From the NCBI GenBank assembly GCA_964591955.1, contig CAZQBT010000004.1, positions 4,988-68,987 of the forward strand: a stretch of DNA of 64,000 nt, read 5' to 3'. Positions within the stretch are counted from its first letter, which is position 1, and every line of letters begins with the position of its first letter. Shown one piece after another: positions 43,972 to 53,029 of this stretch. The DNA is from an uncultured Brevinematales bacterium (GTDB taxonomy: Bacteria; Spirochaetota; Brevinematia; Brevinematales; CAZQBT01). The translations under genes were made by a program, and so were the position numbers. The notes beneath the pieces are model-generated. The model was given only the letters and a program-made list of their open reading frames with translations. It searched no databases and was not told where the DNA came from.

Positions 43972-45396
43972 GTGCCCCTGAGTTTCCATAATACGCTTAC
44001 AAGAAGCGTTGAAGAATTTACACCGGTTAATCCGGGCGAGGTGAGATTTTATGCTTGTGGTCCCACTGTTTACAACTACCCCCACATCGGCAATCTTCGC
44101 ACCTTCCTTTTTTCAGACTTATTGCATAGATGGCTTATTTATCGCGGTTACAAAGTAAATTTCATTATGAATCTTACCGATGTTGATGATAAAACTATTC
44201 GCAATTCAATTGAAAGAAATATGCCGTTATCCGATTATACGAAAATCTATAAACAGGCTTTTTTTGACGATTTGGACACGCTGAATGTCAAGCGCGCCTC
44301 GCTTTACCCATGCGCTACCGACAATATTCCCGAAATGATTGATATGATACAATCCCTGCTTGACAAGGGTCTTGCTTATGAAACCGATGACGGGGTTTAT
44401 TTTAATGTCAGGGCGTTTGACGGATACGGCAAATTATCCCGTCTCGATAAATCAAAACTCCTGTCGGGTGCAAGCGGAAGGGTTGCTAATGATGAGTATG
44501 AGCGCGAGGATATTTCTGATTTTGCACTGTGGAAAAAGTGGACTCCCGATGACGGGAATATTAAATGGAAAGCTCCTTTCGGCGAGGGACGTCCGGGGTG
44601 GCATATTGAATGTTCCGTTATGAGTATGAAATATCTCGGCGTTCCGATTGATATTCATGCAGGCGGCGTTGACCTCATTTTCCCTCACCACGAAAACGAG
44701 ATTGCTCAAAGTGAAGGGGCAACCGGAAAACCCTTTGCAAATTACTGGCTACACGTTACACATCTTGTAGTGGACGGGGAAAAGATGTCAAAATCAAAGG
44801 GCAATTTCTATACCCTTCGCGACCTGCTTGACAAGGGATACAGCCCAAGGGCAATACGCTATCTCCTTTATACCGCGCACTACCGAAAACCCCTGAACTT
44901 TACGCTCGACGGGATTAAGGCAAGCGAAAACGCCCTTGACCGTCTTGATGATTTTGCGCTGATGCTTAAAAATATCAAATTTGATAGCGAAAACGATAAA
45001 GAATTAACGGATATACTTAACCGCCGGTCGGCTAAATTTGAGGAAGCTGTCGATAACGACCTTAATATAGCGGAGGGTATGGGCTCAATATTTGAACTTG
45101 TCCGCGCTTTTAACGAAAATTCCGATAAAATAACGGTTTCGCTTGCTAAGGAAACCTTAGATTTCCTCTCGAAAATAGACGGCGTTCTGGGTTTCTTGGA
45201 TATGGAAAAAGAGGCTACGTTAACCGATGAGGAAAAGAGACTTATAGATGAAAGAGCAGAGGCGCGAAAGGCTAAAGATTTTGCGCGTTCCGATGAAATC
45301 CGTGATTTACTCTTGGAAAAAGGCATAGAAATACGTGACACATCAGACGGCATTGTATGGAAACGAATTAACCGTGTAAAGGAGGAAGCCTTATGA
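43972..45396 (+). CDS. cysS: cysteine--tRNA ligase
   Basis: GTG start; HIGN and KMSKS class I signatures; 474 aa. Confidence 0.95.
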   Translation: MPLSFHNTLTRSVEEFTPVNPGEVRFYACGPTVYNYPHIGNLRTFLFSDLLHRWLIYRGYKVNFIMNLTDVDDKTIRNSIERNMPLSDYTKIYKQAFFDDLDTLNVKRASLYPCATDNIPEMIDMIQSLLDKGLAYETDDGVYFNVRAFDGYGKLSRLDKSKLLSGASGRVANDEYEREDISDFALWKKWTPDDGNIKWKAPFGEGRPGWHIECSVMSMKYLGVPIDIHAGGVDLIFPHHENEIAQSEGATGKPFANYWLHVTHLVVDGEKMSKSKGNFYTLRDLLDKGYSPRAIRYLLYTAHYRKPLNFTLDGIKASENALDRLDDFALMLKNIKFDSENDKELTDILNRRSAKFEEAVDNDLNIAEGMGSIFELVRAFNENSDKITVSLAKETLDFLSKIDGVLGFLDMEKEATLTDEEKRLIDERAEARKAKDFARSDEIRDLLLEKGIEIRDTSDGIVWKRINRVKEEAL

Positions 45397-46409
45397 AAAG
45401 ATTTTTACCGCTATTGTTGATTTTAGGATTTATTACCGCCTGCGGCGGAGGCAGAACTATGGTTCGTATCGGAACGGAGCATTATGAAACTCACGGAGAG
45501 TTTGAATTTGCTATGATTGCTCTTTTAAACGTCCTTTCCGAACGCGCCGAACGTAAGGATTTGCGGGTCGTTTTCGAGGACATTTACCTTGAGGAAACGC
45601 GTGTCGTTACACCTCTAAGTTCTTTTGTCAGACGCTCTCTGATGGCGGCAAGCGGAGATTCGGGAGTTTTCAGGCTCATACAATCCGAAAAAGACTACTC
45701 GCAAATCGACAACAAAGCTATGAGTTATGCTATCAGCGAGGAGTTTGATGCTGTATTGGTTATGAATTACTACGAGGAGTTTGATAAACTGCGCTTCTAC
45801 GTTACCTTAAACAAAAGCGACTCCCGTGAAATTATTACCACTACGTCTATGGTTATGAGCAGGACGATTTTGCCGTGGGAATTATCTATGCAGTCTTTTG
45901 TGCCGGTTAATTTCTCTGCTTACAAATCTCTTGATTATGAAAAACCTGTTGTGCAAAACGACTACGAATCAAGGGTTTGGACCGACAGAGGAGTAAACGC
46001 GGTATATAAAGACGGCGAATATATGCGTCTCAATATCAAAGTCGAAAAGGACAGTTATATAAAATTGATTCATATAGATGTAAACAATAAGGCTCAGTTG
46101 ATTTTCCCCAACCAGTTTTCAAGAAAAAACTTTGTAAAAGCCGGGGATGTTTACACAATACCTACACGCGAAATGGAAGAAAAGAACTTTCGGTTTCGCC
46201 TGACTGAGCCGTATGGTTTAGAATCCATAAGGCTAATATCACAAACGAGCCAGTTTGATGACTTAAAGGATTTTGCATTCGCCACCCCGGTAAAGGATTT
46301 GGGCTATTACAGCGGTGCGCAAAGTCGCGGAATGTTGCTTGAGGGCGTTAGTGTAGATTCGGATGTTGAGCAGTCCGAATCTATTTATATCTATAATATA
46401 GTAAAATAA
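45393..46409 (+). CDS. lipoprotein with C-terminal DUF4384-like domain
   Basis: Lipobox LGFITAC. KLIHIDVNNKAQLIFPNQFSRKNFVKAGDVYTIP resembles DUF4384. ATGA overlap with cysS. Confidence 0.6.
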   Translation: MKRFLPLLLILGFITACGGGRTMVRIGTEHYETHGEFEFAMIALLNVLSERAERKDLRVVFEDIYLEETRVVTPLSSFVRRSLMAASGDSGVFRLIQSEKDYSQIDNKAMSYAISEEFDAVLVMNYYEEFDKLRFYVTLNKSDSREIITTTSMVMSRTILPWELSMQSFVPVNFSAYKSLDYEKPVVQNDYESRVWTDRGVNAVYKDGEYMRLNIKVEKDSYIKLIHIDVNNKAQLIFPNQFSRKNFVKAGDVYTIPTREMEEKNFRFRLTEPYGLESIRLISQTSQFDDLKDFAFATPVKDLGYYSGAQSRGMLLEGVSVDSDVEQSESIYIYNIVK

Positions 46410-46460
46410 GCAAAGAGAAAATCTCTTTGCTGTAAATACAGTTGACCTGGAGGTTTTATT

Positions 46461-46730
46461 ATGTCAACGTCTATCTATGTTGGTAATCTTCCCTACACTT
46501 TGAGAGAGGATTACCTTGAGGAATTGTTTTCTCAGTATGGTGAAATTGTGAGTGTTAGAGTTGTAACCGACCGTGAAACCGGTAGAAGCAAAGGTTTCGG
46601 GTTTGTCGAAATGGCGGATAAGGATAGTGCTGATAAGGCAATAGAGGCTCTTAACGGTTACGAAACTGACGGACGCCCGTTGAAAGTCAACGAAGCACGA
46701 CCCAGAGAAAACAGAAGACCGCGCTTTTAA
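46461..46730 (+). CDS. RRM-type RNA-binding protein
   Basis: RNP-2 IYVGNL and RNP-1 KGFGFVEM; 89 aa. Confidence 0.9.
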   Translation: MSTSIYVGNLPYTLREDYLEELFSQYGEIVSVRVVTDRETGRSKGFGFVEMADKDSADKAIEALNGYETDGRPLKVNEARPRENRRPRF

Positions 46731-46752
46731 ACAAAAGCGAAAAATCTAATGT

Positions 46753-46800
46753 AACCGCACCCTTTCCCTTAACGGGCAATAGCGGTGCGGTTGCATATTT
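46753..46800 (+). terminator. possible terminator stem-loop after the RRM gene
   Basis: AACCGCACC...GGTGCGGTT (9-bp stem, 22-nt loop), weak T-tract. Confidence 0.35.
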
Positions 46801-46860
46801 AAACGATTCTATGTGTTTTTTTTTTGTCTATTTAAAAAACTATCTTAAAAGAGGTTGATT

Positions 46861-47952
46861 ATGAAAAAGGCGGTTCTCCTTTTGCAAAACGGCGAGTTCT
46901 TTGAAGGATATTCTTTCGGTTATGAGGGTGAAACTTCTGGCGAAGTCGTGTTTAATACATCTATGACCGGTTATCAGGAGGTTTTAACCGACCCGTCCTA
47001 CAACGGACAAATCGTTACTATGACAAACCCTCTTATCGGAAATTACGGCGTAAACAGCGAGGATGTCGAATCCGAAAAAATACAGGTAGCGGGCTTTGTT
47101 GTCCGTGAAAATTCGCAGATAGCTTCTAATTTCAGAAGCGAAGAAACGCTTGACCAATACCTCAAGCGAAACCGCATTGTCGGTATAGAGGGGATTGACA
47201 CAAGACGATTGACCCGTATTATCCGTATCAAAGGCGCTATGAACGGCATTATTTCCGCCGTGGATTTCGATAAAAAAAGTCTTGCAGATAAATTATCCAA
47301 AGTGCCGAGTATAGTCGGCGCAGACCTCGTAAAAAACGTTACCATAGACAAGCCCCAAAAATGGGGAGAGTTTAAAGACGGCAATCTTAACATCATAGCT
47401 ATACATACCGGTATCAAATGGAATATCCTTCGCGAATTAGCCAAGCGAGGCGCTAATATAACGCTTGTTCCCGCTAAAATGAGCGCTAAGGAAATCCTTG
47501 CAATGAAACCGGACGGGGTATTTCTTGCCAACGGTCCCGGCGACCCGGAAGCGGTATCCTATACAGCTGATACAATAGAGGAACTTCTCGGCAAAGTCCC
47601 GCTTTTCGGGATTTGTCTCGGTCATCAGCTTTTATCTATCGCTTTGGGGGCTAAAACATATAAGCAAAGATTTGGGCATCGCGGGGGAAACCAACCCGTT
47701 ATGAATCTCAAAAACGGCAAAGTCGAGATAACCTCGCAAAATCACGGATTCGCTCTGAAAGACGGCGCTTTCGGTGATGATGTCGAGGTTACGCATATTA
47801 ATCTTAACGACCGAACTATCGAGGGAATACGCCACAAAAAATATCCCGCTTTCTCCGTTCAATACCATCCCGAAGCAGCACCGGGTCCTCACGACTCCCT
47901 TTATATATTCGACGATTTTATTAATATGGTTAAGGAATGGAAGACTCAATGA
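46861..47952 (+). CDS. carA: carbamoyl-phosphate synthase small (glutaminase) subunit
   Basis: FNTSMTGYQEVLTDPSY, GICLGHQ, HGFA...YHPE triad region. ATG at 46861 is preferred (AAAAGAGG-N6) over the TTG at 46855. Confidence 0.93.
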   Translation: MKKAVLLLQNGEFFEGYSFGYEGETSGEVVFNTSMTGYQEVLTDPSYNGQIVTMTNPLIGNYGVNSEDVESEKIQVAGFVVRENSQIASNFRSEETLDQYLKRNRIVGIEGIDTRRLTRIIRIKGAMNGIISAVDFDKKSLADKLSKVPSIVGADLVKNVTIDKPQKWGEFKDGNLNIIAIHTGIKWNILRELAKRGANITLVPAKMSAKEILAMKPDGVFLANGPGDPEAVSYTADTIEELLGKVPLFGICLGHQLLSIALGAKTYKQRFGHRGGNQPVMNLKNGKVEITSQNHGFALKDGAFGDDVEVTHINLNDRTIEGIRHKKYPAFSVQYHPEAAPGPHDSLYIFDDFINMVKEWKTQ

Positions 47953-48785
47953 GGCATCTCGGCGGGAAAAACCGGGCTTTAATCCTTATCCCGATTTTGC
48001 TTGTTATTGCATTGGTTTTCTTTTTACTCCCGCAAAATAAACGCTTATTGACTGCACCGAAAACATCTTGCGAAAAAATTATCTCGCTTGCGCCATCGGT
48101 AACGGAGTTGATATATTTTATCGGCGAGGGAAACCGGTTGATAGCGAACACTATCTACTGCGATTATCCCGAAGAGGCAAGGTCTTTGCCGAAAATCGGC
48201 GGTATTATCGACACGGATATAGAAAAGGTCGTTTCGCTTAAACCCGATTTGGTTATAGCATCTTATTCGGGTAATTCCAAAGAGAAAGTCGAACGGTTAC
48301 AGGCATTGGGAATAAACGTTATAACGCTTCGCGCGGACAAGGTTGAGGATATAATAGAAAATGTCGAAACTCTGGGAGAGATATTAAACGTTGATGTCTC
48401 CGCGCAAAAGAAAGAACTCAGGGATAAACTTAGAATAGCCAACCTTAAAAACAGCCGTAAACTGCAAAAACACGGGGTTTATCTTGTTTCAACCGACCCA
48501 ATATATTTAGCCTCTGCAAACAGCTTTATCGGTTCGGCATTATATATTGCGGGTTTCGATAATCCCGTAAAAACCGAAATACACTACCCCATCATCGACC
48601 GCGAGGGGATTCTCAAGCTCGCGCCGAAGTATGTTGTCCTGCCGCGATACCTTACGGCGGATGAGGAAAACACCAGACGGATTTTCGGGGGAGATACGGT
48701 TTTTATCTACGTTGATGAGGACAGTATATCACGCCCGTCACACCGCGTTTTTGACGTTATACTTCGACTTTGCGAATTTGAGTAA
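47937..48785 (+). CDS. periplasmic binding protein, BtuF/iron-siderophore (cluster A-2) family
   Basis: ISLAPSVTELIYFIG...LPKIGG...EKVVSLKPDLVIA. N-terminal TM/signal. Overlaps the carA 3' end. Start uncertain (47937 or 47949). Confidence 0.7.
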   Translation: MEDSMRHLGGKNRALILIPILLVIALVFFLLPQNKRLLTAPKTSCEKIISLAPSVTELIYFIGEGNRLIANTIYCDYPEEARSLPKIGGIIDTDIEKVVSLKPDLVIASYSGNSKEKVERLQALGINVITLRADKVEDIIENVETLGEILNVDVSAQKKELRDKLRIANLKNSRKLQKHGVYLVSTDPIYLASANSFIGSALYIAGFDNPVKTEIHYPIIDREGILKLAPKYVVLPRYLTADEENTRRIFGGDTVFIYVDEDSISRPSHRVFDVILRLCEFE

Positions 48786-48799
48786 TATGAGGAAAATAT

Positions 48800-49597
48800 A
48801 TGTATATCGTTTATTTTGATGAAACCGGAGATGACGGCTATCCACAGTATTCTTCTGATTTGTTTATTTTAACCTCGTTATATATGCACCATCAAACTTG
48901 GAAAGACAATTACAGCAAAATCAAAGAATTTAGACGGGAGCTGAAAAACAAATTTAATTTGCCTATTAAAACGGAATTTCACACTAAAGCTTTTCTAACG
49001 GATAAGAATCCTTATCGCAATTTGAATATTTCCAATGATGACAAAAAATATATCTTAAATGCTTTTTTTCAATTAACCTCATCTCTAAGTTTAAAATTTA
49101 TCAATATTGTAATTAACAAAGAAAATATAGACCCAAACAAAGAATATGATATTTTAGATAAAGCATTGACTTACAATATCCAACGAATTGAAAATGATTT
49201 AGGAGAATCTGAAAAATTTATTATCATTACCGATGATGGGCGAGTACAAAAAATGACAAAAACAACCAGAAAAATTCAAAGAATAAACTATATACCCTCA
49301 AAATATAATATAGGTTCTTACAATAGAGTAATAAAAAAACTGATAGAAGACCCTTTGCCTAAACGCTCAAGCGAATCCTATTTTATTCAACTGGTCGATA
49401 TGGTATCTTATATAGTATTCTTATATGCCAAGCGTAAATTCTCTGATGGAATTTGGGCAAGCCGTGTTTTAAATATTTTGGGATATGGTGATGAAATTTA
49501 TTTGTTAAATCTAATAAAAAATGTATTAAATCTTGAAGCGACGGCAAAAAACGAGTTCGGAATTGTTCACTACCCAAAACAAAAAGCCGCCACATAA
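48800..49597 (+). CDS. DUF3800 family protein
   Basis: N-terminal YIVYFDETGDDG, EFHTKAF, C-terminal SESYFIQLVDMVSYIV; hand-counted GC is about 23-32%. Confidence 0.8.
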   Translation: MYIVYFDETGDDGYPQYSSDLFILTSLYMHHQTWKDNYSKIKEFRRELKNKFNLPIKTEFHTKAFLTDKNPYRNLNISNDDKKYILNAFFQLTSSLSLKFINIVINKENIDPNKEYDILDKALTYNIQRIENDLGESEKFIIITDDGRVQKMTKTTRKIQRINYIPSKYNIGSYNRVIKKLIEDPLPKRSSESYFIQLVDMVSYIVFLYAKRKFSDGIWASRVLNILGYGDEIYLLNLIKNVLNLEATAKNEFGIVHYPKQKAAT

Positions 49598-49795
49598 AAA
49601 TATGCAGCGGCTTTAGAACAATTATTCCGTATACCACCACCTAGCTTCCATTCGGAAGTTCAGTGGTTCATATAAAGTCTACTACACTATAAAAAAAAAG
49701 TCAATTTCTATTTTAATTTTTTTTCAAGATTCGGCATCGGAGAAGTATTGTGTCAAACCCGCTATATCCATCCGATTGATTTGCGAACCTATTAA

Positions 49796-50776
49796 TTATC
49801 TCGCTTCCTTAGGCCCCGACATTCCTTGTCTATAATTATCACCAAACAATTTCTTCTGAACAGTCTCATTAACAAAAAGCTCGTAATCCGCCTTACCTAC
49901 CTTTCTGTAAAATAAAGTAATAAAAGTGCTGGTGCAGACTATAAAAGAAGAATACAGGATAGGAAGCCATAGAAGCTGATTGGCAACTTCCTTATCAAAG
50001 CTCAATAGAATAATCGCAAACGAAAGAGGTCCATTTTGAATACCTGTTTCCAATGATATAGTGCGGCGATGGCGTGGGGATGCTTTGAGCAATCCTGAAA
50101 AAAGATAACCGAATAAAAAGCCTATAATACCTACAAGAATTGATGCAAAATATATCTTTGCCGGTGTTAAAAGGAGCAAATCCCCATGTCTTACTACAAC
50201 GCTTCCCACCAAAAATACAATTATAATAAAACCGGTAAAGCCTGCGGTATCTTCCGCCGCTTTTGCCCATCTCTGCGATTTTCTGCGAAGTATCATTCCT
50301 CCGATTACAGGAATTAAAACAAGCAACAGTGAAATAATAATGTTTTTAACGGGAATTTGGATTTGGTCGGCAAATCCCGAAGCATAAAAAACTAATAGCA
50401 AAGGTGTCATAATTATGGCTAGAAGGGTTGAGGCGGTGGTCATCGAAATAGAAAGCGCTACATCCCCCCGCGAGAAATAGGCAAACATATTTGAAGTAGA
50501 GCCGGCAGGAAGACATCCTATTAAAATCAAAGCAACGGCATTATACGGATCTAAATTTAAAATTCTAGAAATAATAAAAGCAATGAAAGGCATAAAACCG
50601 AACTGCGATAAAAACCCAACGATAATTCCTTTGGGTTTCTTTATAACCTTTTTAAAATCATCCAGATTTAATGTCGCCCCCATCCCGAACATTATAATTG
50701 CTACCATAATAGCCAAGAGAATTTCTTCATACGGATTTATAAGCAGTCTTTCCGATAATAGATTAACTAATTCCAT
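49796..50776 (-). CDS. bile acid:sodium symporter (BASS/SBF) family transporter
   Basis: 326 aa polytopic; MFGMGATLNLDDFKKV..KPKGIIVGFLSQFGFMP. Confidence 0.8.
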   Translation of the reverse strand: MELVNLLSERLLINPYEEILLAIMVAIIMFGMGATLNLDDFKKVIKKPKGIIVGFLSQFGFMPFIAFIISRILNLDPYNAVALILIGCLPAGSTSNMFAYFSRGDVALSISMTTASTLLAIIMTPLLLVFYASGFADQIQIPVKNIIISLLLVLIPVIGGMILRRKSQRWAKAAEDTAGFTGFIIIVFLVGSVVVRHGDLLLLTPAKIYFASILVGIIGFLFGYLFSGLLKASPRHRRTISLETGIQNGPLSFAIILLSFDKEVANQLLWLPILYSSFIVCTSTFITLFYRKVGKADYELFVNETVQKKLFGDNYRQGMSGPKEAR

Positions 50777-50790
50777 TAGTAAACCCCTCC

Positions 50791-52701
50791 TTAATACATT
50801 TCTTTGATAAAGTCGGAGTATTTCTCAACAATTACGTGGCGTCGAAGTTTAAACAAGCTTGTGAGTTCATCTCCGGCTTCAAAAGGTTTTGAGAGTAACT
50901 TAAATCCTTGTATTAATTCAAATTGTTTAAACCCATGTTGGAGTGAAATATAAGATTTAATTTCATAAGCTATCATTTTTATTATTTTTTGATCCTCAGC
51001 AAGAAATGGCAAGGCTTTATCTATTCCGGCTTTTTCAAACCCATGCACGGAAGGAACAATCAAGGCGGTTAAATATTTTTGGTCCTGCCCCACTACAATA
51101 ACCTGATCAATCAAGTGTGAATCTAAAAGCTTAACTTCAATTCTAATAGGGTCAACATTTTCTCCGCTTCTCAATACTATCGTATCTTTTGTTCTACCGA
51201 TAATTTTTAAGCATCTGTTAAAGGTTACAATTCCAATATCTCCCGTGTTTAGCCATCCGTCTTTTAAAACCTCATCCGTTCCTTTTTTGTCTTTGTAATA
51301 ACCTTTCATTACCTGAGGCCCTTTTACATAAATTTCTCCCTTTAACCCCCTACCTTCCGCCATATACATAGGATTTGGATATAAAATATCGCCGTTATTA
51401 AGGTCAATAATACGAAGTTGCGTATCGGGAAAAATCGGACCTACCGTTCCTATAACCAGATTAGAAGATGTTCTTGTTGCTATAACCGGGGATGTTTCCG
51501 TCATACCGTAGCCTTCTAAAACCGGAATCCCGATGTAATTAAAAAATTCGTCGATATGTAAAGGTAAAGAACCGCCGCCTGAAATTGAAGCTTTCAGGTC
51601 TCCGCCTGCAGCAAGTCGCAACCTCTCTAAAACGGAAGCATTGAAAAGCCCGTAAAAAGGAATAACAAGAACCCATTTAACGGCATGAAAAAGCGCCAAG
51701 AGCATAGATAAAAAAATATTTCTTCCCTTAAGGTCTATTTTTTTGAAAGTAAGAAAATGCACGGAACTTTTATATAAGCGGGAAAAGAAATAGGCAATAT
51801 GAAACAAACCTCTTCGAACCGGATGAGATTTTTCAACATTGGTCAAAATTTTTGAATAGATGCTTTCCCATAGCCTTGGTGCCGAACCAAGAAATGTCGG
51901 GCGCACTTCTCTAAGGTCTTCGGCGATACTTCTTATATTAGTATAATATGTGCAACATCCGTTTAGAATAGTGTACATCTCAAACATACGCTCAAGAATA
52001 TGCCAAATGGGAAGTATTGATAAAAACCTGTCAAGCGGGGAAATATCAACAGCATTCTTTAAACGAACTATTTGGGAAATTATATTTTTATGGGTAAGCA
52101 TTACCCCTTTGGGATTTCCGGTAGTTCCGGAAGTATAGATTAAGGTAAAAAGGTCATCTTCTTTAATTTGCTCCGTTATCTTTTCGACTTCTAAATTTCC
52201 TTTTTCTCTTTTTTTCCTTCCTTTTTTGATTAAGTCGGATAAATGAAGTATTCCACGAGGGGGGGCATCATTTTCATCCATAAGAATTATATGCTTGACG
52301 CTTTTTAGATGCTTTTTAACGGCTTTTACCTTTTCTAAAACCGCCTGATTTTCAACAAAAAGCACCTTCGCTTCACAATGGTTCAGGATATATTCAATTT
52401 CCTGTAGAGTAACATCGCTTCCTCTCGGAACATTAACAATACCGGCAAGTTGACAAGCGCAATCAATTTTTATCCATTCAACGCGGTTATCCGATAAAAC
52501 TGCGACAAAATCACGGGTTTTTACATGTAAACCAATTAACGCCGTAGCAAGCGAAATACCCTCTTGATAAAGTTCAAAATAGGTTATCGGTTTCCAAATT
52601 TTATCTTTTTGCTTAGTGGCAAACGCAGCCCGGTCCCTGTATATTTCAGCTGCCTGCACATACAGGTCGGCAACATTCTTGGGGTCAAAAGTCATGCGCA
52701 C
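50791..52701 (-). CDS. long-chain acyl-CoA synthetase (AMP-forming)
   Basis: AMP-binding signature YTSGTTGNPKGVMLTHKN, GYGMTETS, TGDIG; 636 aa. Confidence 0.9.
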   Translation of the reverse strand: MRMTFDPKNVADLYVQAAEIYRDRAAFATKQKDKIWKPITYFELYQEGISLATALIGLHVKTRDFVAVLSDNRVEWIKIDCACQLAGIVNVPRGSDVTLQEIEYILNHCEAKVLFVENQAVLEKVKAVKKHLKSVKHIILMDENDAPPRGILHLSDLIKKGRKKREKGNLEVEKITEQIKEDDLFTLIYTSGTTGNPKGVMLTHKNIISQIVRLKNAVDISPLDRFLSILPIWHILERMFEMYTILNGCCTYYTNIRSIAEDLREVRPTFLGSAPRLWESIYSKILTNVEKSHPVRRGLFHIAYFFSRLYKSSVHFLTFKKIDLKGRNIFLSMLLALFHAVKWVLVIPFYGLFNASVLERLRLAAGGDLKASISGGGSLPLHIDEFFNYIGIPVLEGYGMTETSPVIATRTSSNLVIGTVGPIFPDTQLRIIDLNNGDILYPNPMYMAEGRGLKGEIYVKGPQVMKGYYKDKKGTDEVLKDGWLNTGDIGIVTFNRCLKIIGRTKDTIVLRSGENVDPIRIEVKLLDSHLIDQVIVVGQDQKYLTALIVPSVHGFEKAGIDKALPFLAEDQKIIKMIAYEIKSYISLQHGFKQFELIQGFKLLSKPFEAGDELTSLFKLRRHVIVEKYSDFIKEMY

Positions 52702-52971
52702 CTCCTTTTGTACACAAGAATCTTGATAGCTATATAAACAATCTTTGTGTCAACTAAAAACTCACTAAATTTTCGGGATTAGTTCATCACCTGAAACAGT
52801 CTAAAACCCTCCTAAAATAATAAATTCGGATTATCCATCACTTTTTATATTTACTTTTTTTCTACAATTAATAATTATAGCAAAAGAACCGATTTAATGC
52901 AAAAATTATAATATCTTTCCTTCGGATGACACACCCCCGAAATAATTAAATATCCACGGGTAAATTTAGGC

Positions 52972-53000
52972 TTGTGTTTTTACACGCTTTAATTTATAAT
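52972..53000 (+). promoter_or_regulatory. candidate sigma70 promoter of the flippase gene
   Basis: TTGTGT-N17-TATAAT, 30 nt upstream of the TTG start. Confidence 0.4.
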
Positions 53001-53029
53001 ATTCCTTTATTTATCCTCAAGGAGCAATT

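Noticed and set aside
49630-49670. Possible tRNA or tmRNA fragment / att site (CCACCACCTAGCTTCCATTCGGAAGTTCAGTGGTT) downstream of DUF3800
   Set aside because: It contains only a 5-bp hairpin (CTTCC/GGAAG) and no T-loop or acceptor-like features. The evidence is insufficient, so it is mentioned only as context in the DUF3800 finding.
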